Assembly: GCA_025358455.1 (NCBI GenBank)
Contig: JANYJP010000033.1
Span: 225 to 64,224 of the forward strand
DNA: 64,000 bases
Source of the DNA: Bacteroidales bacterium
GTDB lineage: Bacteria; Bacteroidota; Bacteroidia; Bacteroidales; VadinHA17
Direction: 5' to 3'
Shown: positions 56,718 through 64,000 of the stretch, piece by piece
Position numbering within the stretch: position 1 is the first letter of the stretch
How the letters are laid out: every line of letters starts with the position of its first letter
Made by a program: the position numbers and the translations under genes
Notes under the pieces: generated by a model
What the model was told of the DNA's origin: nothing
The model's input: only the letters and a program-made list of their open reading frames with translations
The model's database searches: none

Positions 56718-56895
56718 TCAACAATTGTTTGAAGCGCAAATATAATATAAATCATCACTCAAAATATTGTTTGAGCGAAAGCATGAATTCAAGTCGTAAA
56801 AATTTTTGACCTTATTTAAAGTATTATATATTAATAAATTACATTACTTTTAACCGTCCTCAACCGGACACTAGTGTATCTTAATAGTTATTACA

Positions 56896-57348
56896 ATGAG
56901 AGCCGTTATTCAGCGTGTAACCAAAGCATCTGTAACAATCAATAACAGGGTCCGATCTGAAATCGGTACGGGATTACTTGTCCTGGTGGGAATTGAAGAC
57001 ACCGATGATGATACCGATATTGAATGGCTGTGCGGTAAAATAGTACAGCTCCGGATCTTTAACGACAGCAATGAAGTAATGAATTTATCGGTTCTTGATG
57101 TTGATGGAAATATACTTGTAATCAGTCAGTTCACCCTTCATGCAAAAACCAAAAAAGGAAACAGACCTTCATATATCCGTGCAGCGCACTCTGATATTGC
57201 AATTCCATTGTATAACAGATTTGTATCCGGACTTACCCAATTGTTGGGAAAGGAAGTTGGTACCGGTGAATTTGGCGCAATGATGCAGGTTGAATCAGTA
57301 AATGATGGCCCTGTTACAATAATTATTGATACTAAAAATAAGGAATAG
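56896..57348 (+). CDS. dtd: D-aminoacyl-tRNA deacylase
   Basis: 150 aa with MRAVIQRVTKASVTI...GTGLLVLVGI and the SQFTL motif. Confidence 0.92.
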   Translation: MRAVIQRVTKASVTINNRVRSEIGTGLLVLVGIEDTDDDTDIEWLCGKIVQLRIFNDSNEVMNLSVLDVDGNILVISQFTLHAKTKKGNRPSYIRAAHSDIAIPLYNRFVSGLTQLLGKEVGTGEFGAMMQVESVNDGPVTIIIDTKNKE

Positions 57349-57411
57349 TAAGAAGTTTGGAGTGCCTAAAGTTAAAAATAATGATATTGTCGGAAGGGAA
57401 AGGGTGTTTTC

Positions 57412-57501
57412 GCCTGGGATTTCCTGGATTGTCGCTCGGGCCGGTAATCGAAGGTCTGCTTGCCTAGTATCCGGGTTGGTCTCGATGCCCGTACTGCAGG
57501 C
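57412..57501. ncRNA. Candidate structured RNA (GC-rich island in the dtd-deoC spacer); class unknown
   Basis: This non-coding stretch is visibly more GC-rich than its flanks. It has nested complementary segments: GCCTG 57412-16 with CAGGC 57497-01; CGGGC 57437-41 with GCCCG 57487-91; and ATCGA 57447-51 with TCGAT 57482-86. CCTGGAT 57423-29 with ATCCGGG 57469-75 could form a pseudoknot. Confidence 0.25.
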
Positions 57502-57640
57502 TAAATAAAAATGAAACCAGCACAACTTTTTAAATAACTTAAAAACGTAATTAAATTAATTATGAATTCAAAAAGCATTATATTGACCCCGTTATTTTTT
57601 TCGTAATTGCGTTATTAAGTTTAACATAACCGAAAATTCT

Positions 57641-58513
57641 ATGACAAAACTATATCAGAAACTGATCAATAAATGTCCCTCGGAGACTGAAATCAAAAAG
57701 GGACTTAAAAAAGTATCCGCATCCGCTTCAGGAACATCAGATAAGCATCTGTTGATGAGTCTTTTGAACCTGATTGATCTGACCAGCCTGAACACAACCG
57801 ACAACAAGAGTCAGATTATTCATTTCACAGGGAAGGTTAATAGTTTTTCAGGCCGGTTTTCAAATATTCCTAATGTTGCGGCAATCTGTGTATTCCCGAA
57901 TTTTGTAGCAGTAGTAAAAGAAAAGCTTAAAATAAAAAATGTAAAAATAGCTTCAGTCGCCGGCGGATTTCCTACTTCACAAACTTTCAGGAGTATTAAG
58001 GTCACCGAATGTAAAATGGCAGTTGAGGCCGGAGCCGACGAGATAGATATAGTTATTCCGGTTGGTGCGTTTCTCGGAAATGATTTTGCTGCTGTGGCAG
58101 ATGAAATAAGGGAGATCAAGGCTGCTATCGGAGAAAAACAATTAAAAGTCATTGTTGAATCAGGACTTTTAGGCGACTATGAAAACATATTCAAAGCTTC
58201 TATGATTGCAATGGATGCAGGCGCCGATTTTATTAAAACATCAACCGGTAAAACACCGGTTTCTGCAACTCCTGAAGCTGCATTTGTGATGTGCCGGGCA
58301 ATATCAGTTTTCTATTCTGAAACCGGAATCAAAGTTGGATTCAAGGCAGCCGGAGGAATTGTAACTCCTGCAGAAGCCGGTATCTATTACCAGATCGTAT
58401 CAAATTGCCTGGGACAAGACTGGCTGAACAATACACTTTTCAGAATAGGCGCCAGCAGACTTGCAAATAATATTTTATCTGAAATATCTGGCTGCCCAAG
58501 TGCTCATTTCTGA
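57641..58513 (+). CDS. deoC: Deoxyribose-phosphate aldolase (long form)
   Basis: 290 aa with LIDLTSLN, DIVIPVG and the Schiff-base Lys context FIKTSTGK. Confidence 0.88.
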   Translation: MTKLYQKLINKCPSETEIKKGLKKVSASASGTSDKHLLMSLLNLIDLTSLNTTDNKSQIIHFTGKVNSFSGRFSNIPNVAAICVFPNFVAVVKEKLKIKNVKIASVAGGFPTSQTFRSIKVTECKMAVEAGADEIDIVIPVGAFLGNDFAAVADEIREIKAAIGEKQLKVIVESGLLGDYENIFKASMIAMDAGADFIKTSTGKTPVSATPEAAFVMCRAISVFYSETGIKVGFKAAGGIVTPAEAGIYYQIVSNCLGQDWLNNTLFRIGASRLANNILSEISGCPSAHF

Positions 58514-58558
58514 AAATTTGTCTTTGTTATATTTTTATTCAACTCATATAAATATCAT

Positions 58559-58566
58559 TACTTTTG
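58559..58566 (+). promoter_or_regulatory. -7 box TACTTTTG upstream of the DUF4271-like gene
   Basis: Matches TAnnTTTG, 18 nt upstream of the ATG at 58585. Confidence 0.45.
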
Positions 58567-58584
58567 TGGTTTGAATTCGCAAAA

Positions 58585-59604
58585 ATGATGATATATTCTA
58601 ACCCGGGAACTCAACAGGATACTGTTAAAATTGGTAAGTTTGTCATAAATGATTCCATAAGGTTAAAAACATATTCACTTCCTGAGATCAGACCTCTGTC
58701 ATCTTTTAAAAAACATTCTCAGCTAACAACAGCCGATCCTTCAATTCCTATAGTGGAGGATACCATATCCGTTTGTTCAAGGAACAGTATTGCTGATGTC
58801 ACATTCTATGATTCAACTAATTTTATCAGCACAATTAATTCAGGCATTGCTAACAGATTCCTGTTTAATATCGCTGAAAAAAACCAGATAAAGAAGGATG
58901 AAGCCCGGGCAACACTTGTTAAACATCTCAGGCCCGGCGAAAATATTCCTGTACAAACACTTCATTATGACTGGATTATTCTGATTGTTGTATTAACAGC
59001 CTTTTTATACTCGTTAATCCGGTCAACATCAAAAAGAATTATACCAGGCATTTTCAGGTTTTTCCTTTTCAGGGGAATAAACGATCCTGCATCGCGTGAT
59101 ACCGGGGGATTGTTTCACTGGCAATCTACTATATTAAATCTTATTTCATTCCTGATGATCAGTCTTTTCTGCTATTTTATTGCAGCATTTTACGATTTTA
59201 TACCAACTGGAATTTCCGGAATTACCTTCTGGCTGATATCCTTTGGGATAATAATCACCGCGGTAACACTGCGGCATATTGTCTGCGTAATCACAGGCAG
59301 CTTAAGTGGGCAGAGGGATGTATTCAGAGAATATCTTGTTGGTATTTACCAATCGTACCGGTTAAGCGCCATTATCCTTTTTATCATTGTAATTCTTTTG
59401 TCGTATACGGTTCTTTTCCCTGCTAAAGTTTATTTTATTCTGGGCATAACTACCCTGAGTTTAATGTACCTGATCCGTGTAATACGACTATTAATAATAT
59501 TTATAAACAGGAATATTTCAATTTTCTATTTGATTTTATACCTTTGTGCGCTGGAAATCCTGCCTGTTGTTATTTCAGTAAAATATTTTACAGGCCTTGT
59601 TTAG
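58585..59604 (+). CDS. DUF4271-like polytopic membrane protein
   Basis: The ORF-track TTG at 58564 lies inside a TACTTTTG box (58559-58566), so the ATG at 58585 is preferred. The C-terminal half has about 6 TMs. Its position upstream of a hemD-like gene matches the Bacteroidota arrangement I know. Confidence 0.55.
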   Translation: MMIYSNPGTQQDTVKIGKFVINDSIRLKTYSLPEIRPLSSFKKHSQLTTADPSIPIVEDTISVCSRNSIADVTFYDSTNFISTINSGIANRFLFNIAEKNQIKKDEARATLVKHLRPGENIPVQTLHYDWIILIVVLTAFLYSLIRSTSKRIIPGIFRFFLFRGINDPASRDTGGLFHWQSTILNLISFLMISLFCYFIAAFYDFIPTGISGITFWLISFGIIITAVTLRHIVCVITGSLSGQRDVFREYLVGIYQSYRLSAIILFIIVILLSYTVLFPAKVYFILGITTLSLMYLIRVIRLLIIFINRNISIFYLILYLCALEILPVVISVKYFTGLV

Positions 59605-59616
59605 ATTGGCGAGTGT

Positions 59617-59624
59617 TACTTTTG
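59617..59624 (+). promoter_or_regulatory. -7 box TACTTTTG upstream of the hemD-like gene
   Basis: Matches TAnnTTTG, 23 nt upstream of the TTG at 59648. Confidence 0.45.
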
Positions 59625-59647
59625 GGTAAAACTAAAACCGTAAAGAG

Positions 59648-60400
59648 TTGAAAATAAGGAAGATTTTAGTATCGCAGCCAGAACCTCTTAATCCGAAATC
59701 TCCATATTTCGAACTGGCAAGAAAATATAATCTAAAAGTTGAATTTAAACCCTTTGTTGATATTGAAGGGATAACCTCAAAAGATTTCCGTCAGCAAAAA
59801 GTTAACATTCTCGACTTTACTGCCGTCATATTTACCAGCAAGACCGGAATAGATCACTTCTTCAGAATATGTAATGAGTTACGGACTGTTGTGCCAGACA
59901 CAATGAAGTATTTCTGTATTACAGAGAATGTCGCATTTTATCTTCAGAAATATATTGTATACAGGAAAAGGAAAATATTCCACGGCAAAGCTAAATTCCA
60001 GGATCTTATAGATGTAATTATAAAGCATCGGGAGGATAACTTCTTTGTTCCTCTTTCTGAGCCCCATAATGCTGAAATTCCTGAAATGCTCGACAAAAAT
60101 GGTATCAAATACTCAATTGGAATATTGTACAAAACCATCAGTACAAACTTTTCGAATTTAAAAGAATTTGATTATGACATTATAGTGTTTTATAGTCCTT
60201 CAGGCATTAAATCGCTTAAGGAGAATTTCCCGGGTTTTGTCCAGGGCGATATAAAAATTGCAGCTTTCGGACCAACAACAGCATCTGCAGTTGAAAATGA
60301 GGGTCTGCGACTCGATATAAATGCTCCAAATGACAAAGCTCCTTCCATGACTATGGCGCTTGATGATTTTCTTAAGGAGTACAACAAAAATTTAAGGTAG
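59648..60400 (+). CDS. Uroporphyrinogen-III synthase (HemD) family protein; TTG start
   Basis: 250 aa. The N-terminus MKIRKILVSQPEP resembles Bacteroidota HemD-family proteins. A TACTTTTG box lies 23 nt upstream, and there is no in-frame ATG near the N-terminus. Confidence 0.7.
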   Translation: MKIRKILVSQPEPLNPKSPYFELARKYNLKVEFKPFVDIEGITSKDFRQQKVNILDFTAVIFTSKTGIDHFFRICNELRTVVPDTMKYFCITENVAFYLQKYIVYRKRKIFHGKAKFQDLIDVIIKHREDNFFVPLSEPHNAEIPEMLDKNGIKYSIGILYKTISTNFSNLKEFDYDIIVFYSPSGIKSLKENFPGFVQGDIKIAAFGPTTASAVENEGLRLDINAPNDKAPSMTMALDDFLKEYNKNLR

Positions 60401-60426
60401 TAGGACGTTGCATGCAACGTCTCTAC
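60400..60426. repeat. Conserved-arm palindrome, copy 4 (one-base deletion in the left arm)
   Basis: The sequence is GTAG-GACGTTGCA TGCAACGTCTCTAC. The perfect 18-bp core GACGTTGCATGCAACGTC spans 60404-60421. It starts on the last base of the hemD-like stop codon. Confidence 0.75.
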
Positions 60427-60480
60427 CTATGCAACGTCAGGAGGTTGCATGCAACGCCCGTACTACGCATGCAACGTCCG
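60410..60480 (+). repeat. Tandem array of 4 half-site units, (G/T)CATGCAACG(T/C)C...TAC, with a 17-20 nt period
   Basis: ATGCAACG starts at 60412, 60429, 60449 and 60469. The last two units are GCATGCAACGCCCGTACTAC and GCATGCAACGTCCGTACAC. Confidence 0.8.
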
Positions 60481-60492
60481 TACACGTATAAA

Positions 60493-60900
60493 ATGGATAC
60501 CACAAGAGAGACATTTGACAAATCTGAAAGACTTTGCAGTACCAAGGTCATCTCCGGACTGTTTGAAACAGGAAATATTTTCTACAATTCTCTTTTTAAG
60601 GTGGTTTGGGCAAATAGTCCGGTAATTCTTCCCCGACCGGCCCAGGTTGCATTCAGTGTGTCAAAAAGGGGGTTCCGTCTTGCAGTAACAAGAAACCTGA
60701 TAAAGAGAAGGTTGCGGGAGGCATACAGGAAAAATAAAAAAGTCCTTTATGAACATCTCGATTCTGAAAAATTGCAGATCGTCTTTGTTGTAATATTGAA
60801 AGGGAATGCTATTCCGGAATACCCTTCCATTGACAAATCAATACAGGAGGTTCTAAACAAACTAATCATTCTTACAGGTAAGAAAGAAAAAATATGTTAA
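60493..60900 (+). CDS. rnpA: Ribonuclease P protein component
   Basis: The ORF-track start at 60412 translates a tandem repeat, so the ATG at 60493 (MDTTRETFDKSERLCS...) is preferred. The basic motif is VTRNLIKRRLREAYRKNK. Confidence 0.85.
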   Translation: MDTTRETFDKSERLCSTKVISGLFETGNIFYNSLFKVVWANSPVILPRPAQVAFSVSKRGFRLAVTRNLIKRRLREAYRKNKKVLYEHLDSEKLQIVFVVILKGNAIPEYPSIDKSIQEVLNKLIILTGKKEKIC

Positions 60901-60962
60901 AGTTGTTTTAATTGTTTCTTAATCAATTCTGTTCCCGATTTTTCTTGCTAATTTTGCACTCC

Positions 60963-60970
60963 TAATTTTG
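60963..60970 (+). promoter_or_regulatory. -7 box TAATTTTG upstream of the S41 peptidase gene; a second copy lies at 60949-60956
   Basis: Two TAATTTTG matches lie 14 nt apart. The proximal one is 12 nt upstream of the ATG at 60983. Confidence 0.45.
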
Positions 60971-60982
60971 AATCATTCATTT

Positions 60983-62728
60983 ATGAAAAAGATACGTGCC
61001 GGAAAAATAATCATTGTATTTTCTTTATTACTTATTACAGGTATCAGTACCGGATTCCTCATAACCCAGGATACCAGGGATTTCAGAATTGCCAAGAATC
61101 TGGACATCTTTTACTCTCTCTTCAGGGAACTGAACACATTCTACGTTGATGAAATCGATCCGGACAAAGTTGTTAAGGCAGGTATTGATAATATGCTGAA
61201 AACACTTGATCCCTATACTGTGTATTTTCCTGAATCAGAAGCTGATGAATTCAAAATAATGACCACAGGAAAATACGGAGGAATTGGCTCCCTTGTCAGG
61301 ACAAATGGCGATTATGTTATTATAAGCGATGTATATAAAGGTTTCCCGGCAGACATTGCGGGGATAAAACCGGGAGATCTTCTTAAGAAAGTTGATGGCA
61401 TTTCGTTAAAGGGATTAACAACAGATAAAGTAAGCGAAAAACTTAAAGGAAACCCGGGAACCTCAATTACGGTAACTATCGACAGAAACGGTAAGGAAAC
61501 GGACTATCCCCTGAAAAGAGAAAAAATCATTATCCCCCCTGTTCCCTATTATGGTATGATCGATTCCAGGACAGGTTATATTCGTTTCACAAGTTTTACA
61601 CAAAACTGTATCGAGGACGTGAAATCCGCGCTTGTATCTCTTAAAAAGGATAATGCTGAACAGATCATACTCGACCTGCGTGGAAATCCCGGAGGGTTAC
61701 TTACCGAGGCTGTTGAAATAGTAAACCTATTCGTTGGACAGGGAAGCGAGGTGGTATCAACAAAAGGGAAGGTAAAACAGTTTGATGAGGATTTTAAAAC
61801 GACCAAACCTCCGGTTGATGATAAAATTGAACTCGCGGTAATTATTAACAGGGGCTCGGCTTCAGCCTCCGAGATAGTTGCAGGAGCAATACAGGATCTT
61901 GACAGAGGTGTAATTATCGGACAGAGATCATACGGAAAAGGGCTTGTTCAGATAACACGTCCATTAAGCTATAATACTCAACTGAAAGTAACTACCGCGA
62001 AGTATTATATCCCAAGCGGAAGATGTATTCAGGCCCGCGATTTCTCCCATCCCAATGAGGATGGAAGTGTTGGTATTATCCCTGATTCCCTTATTTTGGA
62101 ATTTAAAACAAGAAATGGAAGGATCGTTAAGGATGGCGGCGGCATTACTCCGGATATAGAAAGTTTGCCGGAACCACTTAGTCAGATCTCAGCAGAACTG
62201 TACCTCAGGAATTTCATTTTCGACTACGCTACCGGATACTACTGGGCACATCCCGATATCAAGTCACCTGATCAGTTCTCATTTACAGATAAGGATTATG
62301 CAGATTTCAAAAGTTTGCTTCTAAAGCGCGATTTCAGTTATAAAACAAGCACAGAGGAGTCTCTCAACGAACTTATTACCAACGCAAAAAAGGAAAAATA
62401 CTACGATATACACAAAGATCTTTTTAATTCACTTGAAAAAGATATCGCACATAATCTGGACCAGGATCTTTCACTGTTCAGAACTGAAATAACTGACCTT
62501 ATTGAAGATGATATATTAAGCCGGTATTTCTATGAAGAAGGAGCGATAGCCTGGACTATTAAAAAAGATGAACAGGTAATGAAAGCGGTTGAAATACTGA
62601 ACAATAAAAATGAATACAATTCAATCCTTAAAGGGGAAAAAGGTTCAATCCTTGTGACAAGGAAGAACGATGCGGTAAGCTTAAAAACTGAATTTCAGGA
62701 GACCAGAAAGGTACGGGAGCCTGTATGA
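60983..62728 (+). CDS. S41-family C-terminal processing peptidase with a PDZ domain
   Basis: The ORF-track TTG at 60968 lies inside a TAATTTTG box, so the ATG at 60983 (MKKIRAGKIIIVF) is preferred. It has a PDZ domain (GIKPGDLLKKVDG), the Ser motif RGSASASEIVAGA and the Lys motif SYGKGLVQ. Confidence 0.88.
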   Translation: MKKIRAGKIIIVFSLLLITGISTGFLITQDTRDFRIAKNLDIFYSLFRELNTFYVDEIDPDKVVKAGIDNMLKTLDPYTVYFPESEADEFKIMTTGKYGGIGSLVRTNGDYVIISDVYKGFPADIAGIKPGDLLKKVDGISLKGLTTDKVSEKLKGNPGTSITVTIDRNGKETDYPLKREKIIIPPVPYYGMIDSRTGYIRFTSFTQNCIEDVKSALVSLKKDNAEQIILDLRGNPGGLLTEAVEIVNLFVGQGSEVVSTKGKVKQFDEDFKTTKPPVDDKIELAVIINRGSASASEIVAGAIQDLDRGVIIGQRSYGKGLVQITRPLSYNTQLKVTTAKYYIPSGRCIQARDFSHPNEDGSVGIIPDSLILEFKTRNGRIVKDGGGITPDIESLPEPLSQISAELYLRNFIFDYATGYYWAHPDIKSPDQFSFTDKDYADFKSLLLKRDFSYKTSTEESLNELITNAKKEKYYDIHKDLFNSLEKDIAHNLDQDLSLFRTEITDLIEDDILSRYFYEEGAIAWTIKKDEQVMKAVEILNNKNEYNSILKGEKGSILVTRKNDAVSLKTEFQETRKVREPV

Positions 62729-62730
62729 GG

Positions 62731-63165
62731 TTAATGGTTTTGTTTCCATTCATGGGAGTCATCATCAAAAATTTCCTTTTTCCAGACAGGTAGCTTTTCT
62801 TTAATAAGTTCAACTGTTTTAGCACATGCCTTAATAGCCTGTTGCCTGTGGCCTGCTGATACAAGTACAAAAAGAGAGATCTCTCCGGCTTTTACAATCC
62901 CCGTTGAATGAACAATCTCTATGGATTTAGTATCTCTGAATTCTCCCGATACAGCTTCTTTAATCCGGTCTGCCTCAGCGGTAACCATTCCTTCATAGGC
63001 TGAATATTCTATTGCTTTTACCTTTTTCCCATTAATTATATCAGCCCTTACCTGGCCAATAAAAACAGAATGTCCGCCTGAATCTTTCATCTCTTTCATC
63101 TTCTCAAGAAAGAGAGAAATTATCTGAGGAGTTACCGGACCGTTCAGAAGATATTTTATTGTCAT
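62731..63165 (-). CDS. moaE: Molybdopterin synthase catalytic subunit
   Basis: 144 aa with ...VSAGHRQQAIKACAKTVELIKEKLPVWKKE. It follows moaD. Confidence 0.85.
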   Translation of the reverse strand: MTIKYLLNGPVTPQIISLFLEKMKEMKDSGGHSVFIGQVRADIINGKKVKAIEYSAYEGMVTAEADRIKEAVSGEFRDTKSIEIVHSTGIVKAGEISLFVLVSAGHRQQAIKACAKTVELIKEKLPVWKKEIFDDDSHEWKQNH

Positions 63166-63193
63166 TATGTAGTTGCAATTGCTGCTAAATTAC

Positions 63194-63427
63194 TTATCCT
63201 CCTGCAAAAGGTGGCAATAATGCCACTTCATCGCCATCTTTAAGTTCAGGTTCATTCTCAAGCAGAACATTATTAAGCGATACGCGAAAATTATAATGTG
63301 CCACCTCGGGAAAGTCATCCTGTATTCTGAGCTTAAGGTCTCCTATCGATTTAACATCTCTGTAGGTTTTTATATTAGTACCCGCGATATCAGTCAGTAC
63401 ACCGAAAAACAATACTTTTACTTCCAT
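63194..63427 (-). CDS. moaD: Molybdopterin synthase sulfur-carrier subunit
   Basis: 77 aa, ubiquitin-like, ending in the diagnostic ...FAGG. Confidence 0.85.
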   Translation of the reverse strand: MEVKVLFFGVLTDIAGTNIKTYRDVKSIGDLKLRIQDDFPEVAHYNFRVSLNNVLLENEPELKDGDEVALLPPFAGG

Positions 63428-63500
63428 AATAATTTTTTTATTCCCAAACGTTGCCCCCGAACGATTAAACGAATGTCAGGTGCGGCCCGTGGGCATTCTC

Positions 63501-64000
63501 TTAATGTGCTTCAAACCAGTTATTTCCTGTACCCGAGTCAACCATAAGCGGAACATCAAGTTTTACAGCATTTGACATTTCAAATATTACCATTTTCTTC
63601 AGCTTTTCAAGCTCAGATGTTTCAACTTCGAAGATTAGTTCGTCGTGCACCTGAAGGATCATTTTAGATTTGTAATTTTCTGATCTCATTCTGTCGAATA
63701 TCCTAACCATGGCGATCTTAATAATATCAGCTGCACTCCCCTGAATCGGAGCATTAATTGCATTCCTTTCAGCGTTGCCCCTTACGACCTGGTTTCGCGA
63801 AAGAATGTCCCTGAGATACCTTCTGCGGCCGAACATAGTTGTAACAAAACCCAAATCCCTGGCTTTATTAATGCTCTCGTCCATATAGACTTTCACTCCG
63901 GGGTACGAGTTAAAATATCCGTCAATCAGGTCTTTTGCTTCTTTTCTTCCGATTGTAAGTCTTTCAGAAAGTCCGAATGAAGATATCCCATAGATTATTC
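63501..64000 (-). CDS. polA: DNA polymerase I, C-terminal ~166 codons; the 5' part lies beyond the window end
   Basis: The frame is open to position 64000. The translation ...IYGISSFGLSERLTIGRKEAKDLIDGYFNSYPGVKVYMDE...INAPIQGSAADIIK...QVHDELIFEV contains family-A polymerase motifs B and C. Confidence 0.92.
   Translation of the reverse strand, partial: IIYGISSFGLSERLTIGRKEAKDLIDGYFNSYPGVKVYMDESINKARDLGFVTTMFGRRRYLRDILSRNQVVRGNAERNAINAPIQGSAADIIKIAMVRIFDRMRSENYKSKMILQVHDELIFEVETSELEKLKKMVIFEMSNAVKLDVPLMVDSGTGNNWFEAH

Noticed and set aside
56718-56895. Expected yybP-ykoY manganese riboswitch upstream of mntP
   Set aside because: I read the minus-strand leader and found no GGGGAGUAG-like or other conserved yybP-ykoY core segments. 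The region is AT-rich with no obvious four-helix architecture. An Rfam scan would be decisive.
57388-57505. The GC-rich island as SRP (4.5S) RNA, a tRNA or RNase P RNA
   Set aside because: On neither strand is there a GGAAGCAGC-type domain IV motif with a GNAR loop, a tRNA cloverleaf or GTTCGAATC-like T-arm, or the GAGGAAAGUCC motif of RNase P RNA. It is kept only as an unclassified candidate.
60412-60492. 27-codon N-terminal extension of rnpA
   Set aside because: It is a translation of the tandem GCATGCAACG repeat array (MQR...RMQR periodicity). The RnpA-like sequence begins at the Met at 60493.

Overview
AT-rich core chromosomal segment that looks like Bacteroidota. Evidence for the phylum: many TAnnTTTG '-7' promoter boxes at the right distance from start codons, no Shine-Dalgarno sequences, a short ATP synthase epsilon subunit, and DUF4271/hemD-like/rnpA synteny. 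About 60 protein-coding genes are tightly packed and read mostly on the minus strand up to about 32 kb. Content, in order: a cellobiose phosphorylase plus GPH transporter pair; several orphan two-component proteins; ettA; a DUF4154-PP2C membrane phosphatase; a DUF2723 GT-C-like giant membrane protein; a complete F-type ATP synthase split as bactofilin-atpZ-orf-atpBEFHAG / polyprenyl synthase / atpDC followed directly by an aromatic amino-acid decarboxylase; yceD-rpmF-plsX-fabH; a LiaF-like/LytS/LytTR module; an ECF sigma cluster with an AsmA-like protein; tRNA-modification genes (U32, mnmH); rsgA; a PPi-type PFK; an Fnr-like regulator; mntP; dtd; deoC; rnpA; an S41 protease; moaDE; and the 3' end of polA. 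I saw no rRNA, tRNA, CRISPR array, transposase, integrase or phage genes. I did not find a convincing self-contained novel multi-gene system such as a defence island. The most unusual signals are non-coding or at domain level: (1) a family of conserved-arm palindromes GTAGAGACG...CGTCTCTAC with covarying cores at gene 3' ends; (2) expansion of one copy into a tandem half-site array in front of rnpA; (3) a nested GC-rich repeat family; (4) a GC-rich, helix-rich intergenic island between dtd and deoC that may be a structured RNA; (5) a hybrid histidine kinase whose phospho-accepting His is Tyr; (6) a GH16-fold protein lacking both catalytic Glu residues; (7) a truncated GH127-like gene remnant. 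Several ORF-track N-termini are too long, because promoter boxes or repeats lie inside them, and are corrected below.
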